From NCBI GenBank assembly GCA_016203765.1, contig JACQMB010000148.1:1-47562 (forward strand): a stretch of 47,562 bases of DNA, written 5' to 3'. Positions 36,748 to 45,636 of this stretch are shown one piece after another (position 1 is the stretch's first letter; every line of letters starts with the position of its first letter). Under the pieces are notes generated by a model that was not told the DNA's origin, ran no database searches, and worked only from the letters and a program-made list of their open reading frames with translations. Both the position numbers and the translations under genes were made by a program. Source of the stretch: Deltaproteobacteria bacterium (GTDB lineage: Bacteria > UBA10199 > SPLOWO2-01-44-7).

Positions 36748-37167
36748 ATGGACATATCGATGGAAGACCCGGTTGAACAAGCCAGGCTGATGGGTTCGGT
36801 TGTGCAAGCCGTGGTGTTGGTGGTTGTTATCTTGGGCGTCTATGTTTTTTTCGCCTGGCTCCTGGCCAAAATAGCCGAAAGAATCGGGATGCCTTTTAAA
36901 TCCAGCTTGATCCTGGCCCTGATCCCCATCGCCAATCTCGTTCTGCTGGTGCAAATGGCCGCAAAACCGATGTGGTGGATTCTCCTGCTGGTTATTCCCT
37001 ACATCAACCTTGTCTTTGTCGCTTTGGTTTGGGGGGCCATTGCCAAGCGGAGGGGTAAATCGGCCTGGTGGGGTTTGGGAATGCTGGTTCCTTTTGTGAA
37101 TCTGGTTTTAATGCTGATTTTGGCCTTTGAAAAATCCGATCAAGGTTTACGCCCGACCAGTTCGTAA
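36748..37167 (+). CDS. DUF5684-like small membrane protein
   Basis: MAAKPMWWILLLVIPYINLVFVALVWGAIAKRRGKSAWWGLGMLVPFVNLVLMLILAF fits my memory of the DUF5684 pattern. Confidence 0.6.
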   Translation: MDISMEDPVEQARLMGSVVQAVVLVVVILGVYVFFAWLLAKIAERIGMPFKSSLILALIPIANLVLLVQMAAKPMWWILLLVIPYINLVFVALVWGAIAKRRGKSAWWGLGMLVPFVNLVLMLILAFEKSDQGLRPTSS

Positions 37168-39047
37168 ATCATCGTGGCTTCCTCTTTTCCCTTCACCCGG
37201 ACTTCGGCCAGCTTCTTGGCCGACAGTTTTTCTTGGACCAGCCGGTAGTGGGTTTCACTGACGATAATGGGGACCTTGTATTCCTTGGTGAGGGTCTCCA
37301 GGCGGCTGGCCAGGTTGACCGCGTCGCCGATCACCGTGTAATTAAAGCGTTTGAGCGAGCCCATGTTCCCCACCGCCATCTCGCCGGTGTGAATCCCGAT
37401 GCCGATTTTGAAATCATCCAGTCCGTATTTGGCGCACCAGGCCGCCTTGTTTTCGTTCAACTTTTGAATCATCTCCAGCGCGGTCAGCCCGGCCCGCAAG
37501 GCATGATCGTTTTGGGGCAGGGGTGCTCCGTAGATGGCCATGATGGCGTCTCCCATGAATTTGTCGAGGGTCCCCTCGTATTTGAAGACGATCTCCGTCA
37601 TGGCCGTGAAGTAATCGTTCAACAGCCGGACCAGTTTTTCCGGGGGGAGTTTTTCCGACTTGGGGGTAAAATCACGGATGTCGGAGAAGAGCACCGTCAA
37701 TACTTTCCGCTCGCCTCCCAATTTCAGCCGTTCGGGATGTTCCAGGGCTTCTTTGATAACCGCCGGACTCAAATAGTGTTGAAAGGTTTTGCGAATTTTG
37801 CGCCGCTCTTTTTCCTCGGTAAAAAAGCGATAGATCTTGACGGTGCCAAAAACCAGGAAACCGTTCAGAGTCGGCTTGACCACCGGCAGGACCCAGCCGC
37901 CCTTTAGAAAAAGCAAATAACCGGCCAGCCACAAAATCAGAAGCGAGGCGGCAAAGAACAACGCGCTCGGCAGGGCGCGCAGGCGGGGAAGGAGGAGGCC
38001 TAACAGAAGACCGATTAGAAGGACAAGTCCCAGAGAGGCCAGATGGGAGTCGGCGTCGAAGCGGACAAAATCGCCGCTCAAGATGTTTTCCAAAACAGTG
38101 GCTTGAATCTCCACGCCGGGCGCGGCGGCCGAAAAAGGAGTGACCCGCATGTCATAAATGCCGATGGCGGTGGCCCCCGCCAGGACGATTTTATTTTTCA
38201 GCCGGTTCGGTTCGATTTTATTTTGTAAAATATCGACGGCGCTGATGTGTTCAAATGTCCTGGGGGCCCCCGAGTAGTTGATCCAAAGCTCGCCGTTTTC
38301 CTGCAGGGGAATGCGTTGCTTGCCAAGGCTTAAACCCTTTAGCCTTCCCTCTTCATCGTAGATGGGGATGGGAGAAAAACCGGTGACCAGGCCGGCCATT
38401 TGCAAAGCCAAAGAAGGATAGGCCTCTCCCCGGTAGTATAAAACAAGCGGGGCGCTCCGAATCACCCCGTCCTCATCGGGAAAGACGTTAAAAAACCCCT
38501 GATGGGCCCGTCCGACGGCCTGGGCAATCAACGGCACGTTGGCCTGCACGCCAAAAACTTTTCTTCCGGAGGTCTCCATCTGTTTGGAGGAAAAACTCAA
38601 GGCCGAGGGATGGATGCTTTGCTCGTTTTCTTGAGCCTCTTTGGGATTTAAAACGGCTTCCGCCACCTCCTCCGGGGAGGGATAAAAGAAAAAACCGAGG
38701 ACGGTCTTGCCGGCCGCTTTTTGCAAGGCTTGCGCAAACAGGGGATCCTCGGCACTGACCTCCGAAAAAGTAATGTCAAAACCGGCGGCCTTGGCTTCTA
38801 AATCGTTTAACTTTTCCACCAGGCGGCCCATCTGCGAGCGGGGCCAGGGCCAGCGCCCCATTTGGTTGAGGCTTTTTTCATCGATGACGGCCAAGGCGAT
38901 CGGATGCCGGGGGGACTTGGGCCCGCGCAGGTGAAAGTATTGGTCAACCCATTTGGCCTCCAAGCCGGCAAAAAATTTTGGGAAGAGAAAAACAGCGCCA
39001 AGAAAGAGGAGGGTTAAAACAGACGCAATGGCAAAGAGTCTTTTCAC
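37140..39047 (-). CDS. CHASE2-sensor class III adenylate/guanylate cyclase
   Basis: N-terminal periplasmic CHASE2 domain (GRWPWPRSQM), TM block, then the cyclase domain VLFSDIRDFT...KFMGDAIMAIYGAP...GIGIHTGEMAVGNMGS. Confidence 0.88.
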   Translation of the reverse strand: MKRLFAIASVLTLLFLGAVFLFPKFFAGLEAKWVDQYFHLRGPKSPRHPIALAVIDEKSLNQMGRWPWPRSQMGRLVEKLNDLEAKAAGFDITFSEVSAEDPLFAQALQKAAGKTVLGFFFYPSPEEVAEAVLNPKEAQENEQSIHPSALSFSSKQMETSGRKVFGVQANVPLIAQAVGRAHQGFFNVFPDEDGVIRSAPLVLYYRGEAYPSLALQMAGLVTGFSPIPIYDEEGRLKGLSLGKQRIPLQENGELWINYSGAPRTFEHISAVDILQNKIEPNRLKNKIVLAGATAIGIYDMRVTPFSAAAPGVEIQATVLENILSGDFVRFDADSHLASLGLVLLIGLLLGLLLPRLRALPSALFFAASLLILWLAGYLLFLKGGWVLPVVKPTLNGFLVFGTVKIYRFFTEEKERRKIRKTFQHYLSPAVIKEALEHPERLKLGGERKVLTVLFSDIRDFTPKSEKLPPEKLVRLLNDYFTAMTEIVFKYEGTLDKFMGDAIMAIYGAPLPQNDHALRAGLTALEMIQKLNENKAAWCAKYGLDDFKIGIGIHTGEMAVGNMGSLKRFNYTVIGDAVNLASRLETLTKEYKVPIIVSETHYRLVQEKLSAKKLAEVRVKGKEEATMIYELVGRKP

Positions 39048-39050
39048 GCG

Positions 39051-39884
39051 TTATTGGGGCAGAGTGATGGTTACCGTGGAACCGGTCGTTGCTTCATCCC
39101 CCCCGCCGGGAATGATCTCCGCATCCTTCATAACAGGGGAGGCATCCTCTTTGGCTCGGCCGGCCGTTTTGGAAAGTTCGGCCTCGTCGGCCGATTCTTT
39201 CGCGGCGCTTTCACCGGCCTGTTTGACCGACTCGGCGGCGGCACCCTTCCGAATATCAAAGAGGGTGTCGATCCGGTTTAAAATATCCGCGGGGATTGGT
39301 ACGATATGGCTTGGGTCAGCCGCCCGGCCGGCGCTGATTTCGATCGCTTCCTTGGTAGAGAGGGTGACGGTCTGGCCCGGAAATTCCCGGTTGAAGGCCT
39401 GGACCTCCTGTTTTTCACAGTGAAAGCAATAGAGGATCGTTTTTTTTGCCTCGACCATCAATCCCAGATTGGTTCCCCGGATGCCCGCCACCGCGGTGGG
39501 CGTTTTGATCTCCACCAACTGGTCCTTCCCCACGAACCGGGTGACGATCGTGCGCAGTCTGCCAAAGATCGCCTCCAGAGCGATGCTTCGCTGTTTAGCC
39601 TTCGGATTAAAAAGAAATTGGGTGATGAGAACTTTGGAATTTTCCTTGACCGTCAGGAGGGTGTCGTCCACGAACAGGATTTTGACCCCGCCGCTCGCCC
39701 TGGTTTCGATTTGATCTTCCAAAAAGACGGCATATTGGAGGACGGCCCGCGCCGGTTGTCCCCCCTTGCGGGTGATCCAGGCATCCCCTTCCAGATCGAT
39801 CACCTGGCCCACCGGTGCGGCGGCCCATAGGGGGGCCGCCAGGCAAAACCAGAGTAAAAACGCCGCTTTTTTCATTGACTTCAT
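39051..39884 (-). CDS. FecR-domain periplasmic protein
   Basis: Signal peptide, then GQVIDLEGDAWITRKGG...LEDQIETRASGGVKILFVDDTLLTVKENSKV, which is FecR-like. Lies 4 nt upstream of the cyclase gene. Confidence 0.75.
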   Translation of the reverse strand: MKSMKKAAFLLWFCLAAPLWAAAPVGQVIDLEGDAWITRKGGQPARAVLQYAVFLEDQIETRASGGVKILFVDDTLLTVKENSKVLITQFLFNPKAKQRSIALEAIFGRLRTIVTRFVGKDQLVEIKTPTAVAGIRGTNLGLMVEAKKTILYCFHCEKQEVQAFNREFPGQTVTLSTKEAIEISAGRAADPSHIVPIPADILNRIDTLFDIRKGAAAESVKQAGESAAKESADEAELSKTAGRAKEDASPVMKDAEIIPGGGDEATTGSTVTITLPQ

Positions 39885-39888
39885 TGTC

Positions 39889-41118
39889 TTACAGTTGGGT
39901 GGAGAAAGTCAACCCTGCCACATGGCGGCGGTAGGTATAGCGGGCCAGGGTGGAGTCGCGGATAAAGAAGGAATAGGAAGCGGCGATCCGGAGGAAACGC
40001 AGAAGATCTTTGCTGAAGACCACGGTATGATAAAGGGATTTGTCCCGCCGGAGGACATTGAAGACCGAATCGGTGCGGTCAAAATTGCGCCGCACCACCA
40101 CATCCCCGGCCATCAAAAATTTGATCCGCCACCAAATCGGAAAATGGATCGCATAGAGGGCATGGTGGGCGCTGAAGTCCCAGTCATTCCCGCCGGCAAG
40201 ATTTTTTTCAAAACCGTAGCCGGCTTTGAAATAGACCTCCCGGTTGTGAGGGGCGAAAAAGTATTCTTCCAGCCGGGCGTAGGGCTGGGTGGCATCCCGG
40301 TTTTGGGCGGTATTGTTTAGCGATTGATAAAACCAGTCCCGTCGGACGCCGGCGGTCACGCTAAGCATCCAGTGATCCATATGCATCATGTCCAGGATAC
40401 TCTCCATGGCACCGCTTTGCAGATATTTGGCCTTTCCCAAAGTGACGAAGTTGTAGTCGCCCGGGACCGTCCACCGGATATGGTCGTTGAGTTTGCGGGT
40501 CAGCCCCAGGCCGACCCGGTGACTGCCGTAGTTGAAACGGTTGGCGTCGATGTTGAGCGCGTTCCAATGAGCGCTTTGATAGCCGCTATAGCCGGCATAA
40601 AATTGAGTTTTTTCTTGGTTGACGAGAAAATAATTGAGATCGAGGGTCCCCACGGCCATGAAATCATCCCGGTCGGAAAAACCGTCCAGGTTTTGGTTAT
40701 CCGGATCAAGGGTGACGTTGGAGTCATAGTAGGAAGAGGCCGAGCCCTTGAGGTTCCAGCGCTTTTTTTTGCGGGGCTCTTTGGTCTGGGCCACCGCCTG
40801 TTCGATTTCCGCCATCCATTTTTCGGCGAGGAGAGACAATTCGGAGCCGGAGTGTTCTTCAAACAGTTTTTTAAAAAACCGGGAGGCCTTCCGATAATTT
40901 TTCAGTTTGAGGTGGGTCGTTCCCAGATGGTAGAGATTTTGTTCGTTTTTGGAATCGATCCCGTGGATTTTTTTAAAAAATTTAAGGGCCTGCGGGTATT
41001 CCCCCCGGGCAAAATGAAACATCCCTTTGGCCTCCCAAAGAGAAACTTTTTCAGCCGAAAAGCCGGCGGCCGGTCCTAAGAGAAAGGCGGTCAGCAAAAC
41101 GGGAACAAGGCGATTCAC
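39889..41118 (-). CDS. Outer-membrane protein: signal peptide + TPR + beta-barrel (second copy of this architecture)
   Basis: GTG start. MNRLVPVLLTAFLLGPAAGFSA, then TPR helices (GEYPQALKFFKKIHGIDSKNEQNLYHLGTTHLKLKNYRKASRFFKKL), then a ~290 aa strand-rich region. Confidence 0.6.
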   Translation of the reverse strand: MNRLVPVLLTAFLLGPAAGFSAEKVSLWEAKGMFHFARGEYPQALKFFKKIHGIDSKNEQNLYHLGTTHLKLKNYRKASRFFKKLFEEHSGSELSLLAEKWMAEIEQAVAQTKEPRKKKRWNLKGSASSYYDSNVTLDPDNQNLDGFSDRDDFMAVGTLDLNYFLVNQEKTQFYAGYSGYQSAHWNALNIDANRFNYGSHRVGLGLTRKLNDHIRWTVPGDYNFVTLGKAKYLQSGAMESILDMMHMDHWMLSVTAGVRRDWFYQSLNNTAQNRDATQPYARLEEYFFAPHNREVYFKAGYGFEKNLAGGNDWDFSAHHALYAIHFPIWWRIKFLMAGDVVVRRNFDRTDSVFNVLRRDKSLYHTVVFSKDLLRFLRIAASYSFFIRDSTLARYTYRRHVAGLTFSTQL

Positions 41119-41143
41119 AAGCCGGTGATTTTTAGCAGATCAT

Positions 41144-41458
41144 CTAGAAGATTCCAAGCATATCCTTGGCCTCATCCGAGGCCATGGTGCGGGGATCCCA
41201 AGGGGGAGACAAAGTAATTTCGACCGCGGAGGTCTGTACCCCTTCCATTTTGGCAACGGTTTCCTCCACCTGTCTTTGGAGTTCGGGGGCGTAAGGGCAG
41301 GCAGGACTGGTCAAACCCAGTTGAACATGGACATGATTTTTTTTCTCGTCCCTGTTCACGCCGTAGATCAGGCCCAGATTAACCACGTCGATGTGGAGTT
41401 CGGGGTCGAGAACATTTTTCAGATTATCAATGATTTGTGTTTCAGTCGGCAGTGCCAT
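41144..41458 (-). CDS. DUF59/MIP18-family Fe-S assembly protein
   Basis: DPELHIDVVNLGLIYGV...LTSPACPYAPEL. 104 aa. Confidence 0.82.
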   Translation of the reverse strand: MALPTETQIIDNLKNVLDPELHIDVVNLGLIYGVNRDEKKNHVHVQLGLTSPACPYAPELQRQVEETVAKMEGVQTSAVEITLSPPWDPRTMASDEAKDMLGIF

Positions 41459-42536
41459 TTGGAACCTCCCAGGGTTTGCGCTGAATGGGTGTCAACCCCG
41501 TTTCCCGGACCCAGCTTAACACCCGTTCAACATTTTCCTCTATGTGTGTCCCCGCCTGTTGCGTGACTTGATCTTCAAGGGCGATGTCAAAATCATCGGC
41601 CCCGTATTTGAGGCTTAAAGCACCGGGCTCCCCCTGCGTCAAGAGGGAAGCGCGGAGGTGGAAAATGTTATCGAGATAAAGCCTGGAAATGGCCACGGTG
41701 CGGAGATAATCGTCGTTGGAGGTGACCGCTCCGCCGAGCGCCGTGTTTTGACTTTGATAAGTCCAAAGCAAAAAACTGGCAAAGCCCCCCGTTTTATCCT
41801 GCAGGCTCCGAATGGTTTTGAGATGCTCGACCCTCGCCTCATAAGGCTCGCCAAAGCCGATCACCATCGTGGCGGTGGTGCCGAAACCCATTTGCTGCGC
41901 CGTCTCCATGGTCTCCAGATATTGCCCGACCGAATATTTTTTGGGGGATAGTTTTTTTCGCCATTCGGGGGTCAGGATTTCGGCCCCGCCGCCGGGGATC
42001 CAGCGCAGGCCGGCCGCTTTTAACCGTCGCAGTGTCTCCGGAACCGGCACCTTGGAGTTGCGGGCGATAAACAGGACTTCCACGGCGGTGGGACCGTAAA
42101 TTTCGATCTTGTCTTCGTAGCGGCCTCGCACCGCCTGAAAGAGTTTTTCGTAATGATCGAGTTTGAGGGCCGGATTAAATCCCCCCTCCATGGCGACGAG
42201 CGAACCTCCTTTTTCCAAAAGCCGGTCGATTTTTTCAAAAATTTGTTCGTGGGTCAGAGTGTAACCCTCCGAATGGCCGGGTCTTCGATAAAAGGCGCAA
42301 TACTTGCAGTCGGCCACACAAAGGTTGGTATAGCTGACAATCCGCATGACCAGATAGGTGGCCTGTTTGTCCGGCAGAATTTGGCAACGCCGGGCGTGGG
42401 CCTTTTTTTGAAGCGCCTTGAGGGGCGCGCGATGAAAGAGGTTAACGGCCTCCGGCTCGGTGAGACGCTCCGGCGCCTTGGGGCACTCCTCCGAAGTTCT
42501 GGGTGACAAAGACTTGGCCATTGTTGGGGTCAACAT
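41442..42536 (-). CDS. Radical SAM enzyme of the MqnC/MqnE/CofH family (futalosine menaquinone pathway)
   Basis: YTNLCVADCKYCAFYR (CxxxCxxC), GGSLVAMEGGFNP, ~360 aa. The start is uncertain (ATG 42536, ATG 42521 or TTG 42509). Confidence 0.78.
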   Translation of the reverse strand: MLTPTMAKSLSPRTSEECPKAPERLTEPEAVNLFHRAPLKALQKKAHARRCQILPDKQATYLVMRIVSYTNLCVADCKYCAFYRRPGHSEGYTLTHEQIFEKIDRLLEKGGSLVAMEGGFNPALKLDHYEKLFQAVRGRYEDKIEIYGPTAVEVLFIARNSKVPVPETLRRLKAAGLRWIPGGGAEILTPEWRKKLSPKKYSVGQYLETMETAQQMGFGTTATMVIGFGEPYEARVEHLKTIRSLQDKTGGFASFLLWTYQSQNTALGGAVTSNDDYLRTVAISRLYLDNIFHLRASLLTQGEPGALSLKYGADDFDIALEDQVTQQAGTHIEENVERVLSWVRETGLTPIQRKPWEVPNGTAD

Positions 42537-43293
42537 AGATGCCGATCCCCGCGTGCGTCAAGTCAGGAGCCAAAATGTTGTTGCGATGACCCTCGCTATT
42601 CATCAAATCAACCTGGCAGGCGTCGCTGTTGAAAAGGGTGTACATCATTCCGCTTCGCCAAGTGTTCTCGGCGGTTTTGTAAAAGCGCCCGGCAGTGGCC
42701 GCCGTGATCCGCTCATGCGGAGTCCTTCCGTCGGAACCGATGTGGGGTTTGTAGGTGTCATTATTTATCCAATCGGGTTTGTGTCTTCCCAAGTCCTCGG
42801 AATGGCTCTTGGCCGCCTTCACCAAATCGCAGTCCGGTTTGAGCGGCTTTTGCCCAAAGCGGCCGCGGTCCTGATTCAACCGCTCAAAAATTTTCCGTTC
42901 ATAATGGCTCATGCACCGAGCCTCGGGCGGGACGGCCTCCTCTCTTGCAAAAATCCGGGCCTCTTTGTCGACGAAAGTTGCCAGAGAGCGATGGGTGGTT
43001 CCATCGCCGGCCTCCAGAGGGCTGGATTCCAAAATGTCGTCGGCCACGTATTTTAGTTTGGCCGGCAAGCGTTTCTTAAGTTGGTCGATGTTGAGCCAAT
43101 AACTGGAGACCAGCCGATCCGTGCAAGAGGCAACGGGGGTTTGCCTTTCAGCCGCCCGGTATCGGCAGGCCCGGGCGGCCTGCTCCCTGATTTTTCCGGC
43201 AACGGCCTCCACACACTCCGGCGGACGGCCGGAGCCCGCCTCCTTGCAGGCCTCGTTGATTTTTCTTTGAACGGCGGCGGCAATCTTCGGCAT
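42442..43293 (-). CDS. CAP/SCP (YkwD-like) domain protein
   Basis: LNQDRGRFGQKPLKPDCDLVKAAKSHSEDLGRH...HIGSDGRTPHERI...ENTWRSG...MNSEGHRNNILAPDLTHAGIGIY. No obvious signal peptide. Confidence 0.72.
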   Translation of the reverse strand: MPKIAAAVQRKINEACKEAGSGRPPECVEAVAGKIREQAARACRYRAAERQTPVASCTDRLVSSYWLNIDQLKKRLPAKLKYVADDILESSPLEAGDGTTHRSLATFVDKEARIFAREEAVPPEARCMSHYERKIFERLNQDRGRFGQKPLKPDCDLVKAAKSHSEDLGRHKPDWINNDTYKPHIGSDGRTPHERITAATAGRFYKTAENTWRSGMMYTLFNSDACQVDLMNSEGHRNNILAPDLTHAGIGIYVDPNNGQVFVTQNFGGVPQGAGASHRAGGR

Positions 43294-43384
43294 GGCGCTG
43301 TTTGTTAGCGGAAGCCGCCGGCAAAAGCAAGCCTTTCCATTTCAAACGGGTTATGATAATTTTTGCGGGTCAAGGAGGGAAAAC

Positions 43385-43867
43385 ATGAAAACGAAACTAT
43401 GGTTAGCCGCCTGGCTGGCGGGGATTTCCGTATCTATCGCGGCGGCGGCCGGTTCCGGAAAAAAAGACTCTCCCGTGGGGTATTGGAAGACTATCAGCGA
43501 CAAGACCGACAAACCGCGCAGTGTGGTTCAGGTCTACGAGTCGGGCGGGGTTGTTTACGGAAAGATCGTCAAGAGCCTGGTGCCGGGGGAGGGGCCGGGG
43601 GATCTCTGCGAGAAGTGTGAGGGTGAATTTCACAACCAGCCGGTCATTGGAATGCGGTTCATGTGGGGGCTTCAGGAAGACGAGGACGGCGTCTGGAAGG
43701 AGGGGAGGATTCTCGATCCCGACAGCGGCAAAACCTACAAATGCAAGATTACCCTCCTGCCGGAGGGCGATCAACTGAAGGTTCGCGGGTATATCGGCTT
43801 TTCCCTGTTAGGCAGGAATCAGGTCTGGCACCGCGTCCGCAGTCCAGCCGCGGCCGGTTCGAATTAA
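43385..43867 (+). CDS. DUF2147-domain periplasmic protein
   Basis: RBS AGGAGGG. Signal peptide MKTKLWLAAWLAGISVSIAAA. GYWKTISDKTDKPRSVVQVY...GKIV...LCEKCEG...NQPVIGM...ILDPDSGKTYKCKI...LKVRGYIGFSLLGRNQVWHRV. Confidence 0.8.
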   Translation: MKTKLWLAAWLAGISVSIAAAAGSGKKDSPVGYWKTISDKTDKPRSVVQVYESGGVVYGKIVKSLVPGEGPGDLCEKCEGEFHNQPVIGMRFMWGLQEDEDGVWKEGRILDPDSGKTYKCKITLLPEGDQLKVRGYIGFSLLGRNQVWHRVRSPAAAGSN

Positions 43868-43905
43868 ACCAGAAGTAGTGGCTGTATTCTGGTTGCTACT
43901 TTTCG
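43867..43905 (+). terminator. Weak candidate terminator hairpin between convergent genes
   Basis: AACCAGAA (43867-43874) pairs with TTCTGGTT (43887-43894) and is followed by GCTACTTTT. The U-tract is not contiguous with the stem. Confidence 0.25.
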
Positions 43906-43971
43906 GCTTATCTACCGGCATCCAATAACGGCGGAAGAAATCACCGGGGAGCACTCCGACGATTTTTGAAA

Positions 43972-44731
43972 TTAAAAAGCAGTGATCAGTGTTGCAAACC
44001 CCACAAAATCCCATTGTTGGTAGCCGGCCACCGGTTCCTTGTTGAAAAAGGCGGTGAAGCCGAAGGCGAGTTTCAGGAGATCATTCAGCAAGATGACAAA
44101 AGCGCTATCTGTTTCAAAAGAGTAGCCCCTGAGACGTTCTAGATTGGTTTCATAGACAACCGTTTGATCAGAAGATAATGTTTGAGTGAACGGTTCACTC
44201 CATGTGAGGCTTGAAAAAAAACCGTTGGAGTTTGAAGCGCCGCCGGGCGTTTCTTCCGCGTGGCTTCGGGAATAACCGGCCTCCATTCTTGCCGACCGCT
44301 TTTGTTTTTCAAAAAGATGAAGCGCCATCCCTCCTTGCGCGCTGGCTGAAAGATTTTGTCCAAAAAGAGGCTGGTTGGAAATGCCGCCGCCGACAAAACT
44401 CGAAAAAAACGGCAACCAAAAATAACGGAGACGGTAAGCGCCGCCGATTTGGCGGGCATATTTTCCATTGGGGGTGGTATCGGTCGTGAGAAGGGAGGAA
44501 AAGGAAAGAGTCTGGCGAAATTTTTTGAGTGGATGTCTTAAAGAAGCGTCAAACCCGAAGGCGGCCCCATCGGCATTTCCCGAAATAACGCCCATTCCCG
44601 TTCCGAGCGTCGCAGTGATTTTAGGAATTGCCTTGATCTCCGGTTCTTTGATCGGTTTTGTCGGCGCTCTGCCGATTGCCGACTCCGCTATGAGAAAAGA
44701 AAAGGAAGAGGGTTACGCCGATTTTCCTCAT
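43972..44731 (-). pseudogene. DUF481-like outer-membrane beta-barrel gene with an apparent frameshift between signal peptide and body
   Basis: The body ORF (ATG 44595) lacks a signal peptide and ends ...ATLITAF. A signal-peptide ORF MRKIGVTLFLFFSHS... starts at 44731, 1 nt after the upstream stop, and runs to TAA 44621-44623 in another frame. The body frame is open up to 44712. Confidence 0.55.
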
Positions 44732-44732
44732 A

Positions 44733-45614
44733 CTAAGGAAGCGGGGCTATGCAAGTGTCGGAGGTGAGTCCGTCGACCGGATCGCAGGCTTCGTCTTCGC
44801 TTTCGCTGACATCGGAAACCTCGGCCTCAATGCCGACATCCCCCTCGCCTCCGGTCGTTTCTCCGGTTGTATCGATATCGGCGCTGACATCGGCAGGGGG
44901 TGGAACAGCCGTTGCGACCGGTTCGGTTGTTATATCGGCGTTTTCAACCAGTTCTTCCCCCGTGATGTCGGTGGCGCTTCCCACCTCTGCTTCAACCGTT
45001 GTCTCTTCGACCGCGACATCGGCATCTAGAATTTCTCTCTCTTCCAGTTCGCCGCTGGTATCGACAGTCACGTCGGTTTCAACTGTTCCTGATTTCAGAT
45101 TCACATCGGCCTCGGCATCGAGAATGGGGCTCTCTGGCTCCTCGACTACGGTTTCTTCAAGCGGGGTTTCTCCCCCGGTGCTTTCCTCCGGCACGGTTTC
45201 TTCGGCCACTGTTTCCTCTTTTTCAGCTGTCATCGGCTCTTTTTCTTCCCTTATTTCTTCCCTCACTTCTTCCCGGACAACCTCCGGAGTTCTTTTTACA
45301 TCCTCTTCAATCGATGTGACCCCTTCCCCCTCCAGATCCAATTTGAAAATTGTTTTATTTTCAGCCTCGCCGATGGTGTCCGGCGTGACCCGATTTTCTT
45401 CGTCTTTCCGGGGCAGCGGCGGGGAGACGGTTTTTTTGTGCGCCTCGCTTTGGCTGCCCGGTTTTGAAACGAGGCTCCCTTTTTTAATCTCGGCGCCTCT
45501 GATTTCGCGGTCTACCTCGATATCTCTCTTCTCCCCGGCGAAAACCGCAGCAGGGGAGTGGAGTAAAACCAGAAAAATCGCGCCTGCAATCCATTTTTTT
45601 ATTTGTTCTTGCAT
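44733..45614 (-). CDS. Secreted hyper-acidic low-complexity protein (E/D/T/V-rich), unknown family
   Basis: ATG 45614 with RBS AAGGAGAAGGAAAGGA. Signal peptide MQEQIKKWIAGAIFLVLLHSPAAVFAG. About 200 aa of E/D/T/V-rich sequence. C-terminal CDPVDGLTSDTCIAPLP. Confidence 0.6.
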   Translation of the reverse strand: MQEQIKKWIAGAIFLVLLHSPAAVFAGEKRDIEVDREIRGAEIKKGSLVSKPGSQSEAHKKTVSPPLPRKDEENRVTPDTIGEAENKTIFKLDLEGEGVTSIEEDVKRTPEVVREEVREEIREEKEPMTAEKEETVAEETVPEESTGGETPLEETVVEEPESPILDAEADVNLKSGTVETDVTVDTSGELEEREILDADVAVEETTVEAEVGSATDITGEELVENADITTEPVATAVPPPADVSADIDTTGETTGGEGDVGIEAEVSDVSESEDEACDPVDGLTSDTCIAPLP

Positions 45615-45636
45615 TCCTTTCCTTCTCCTTCGCCTC

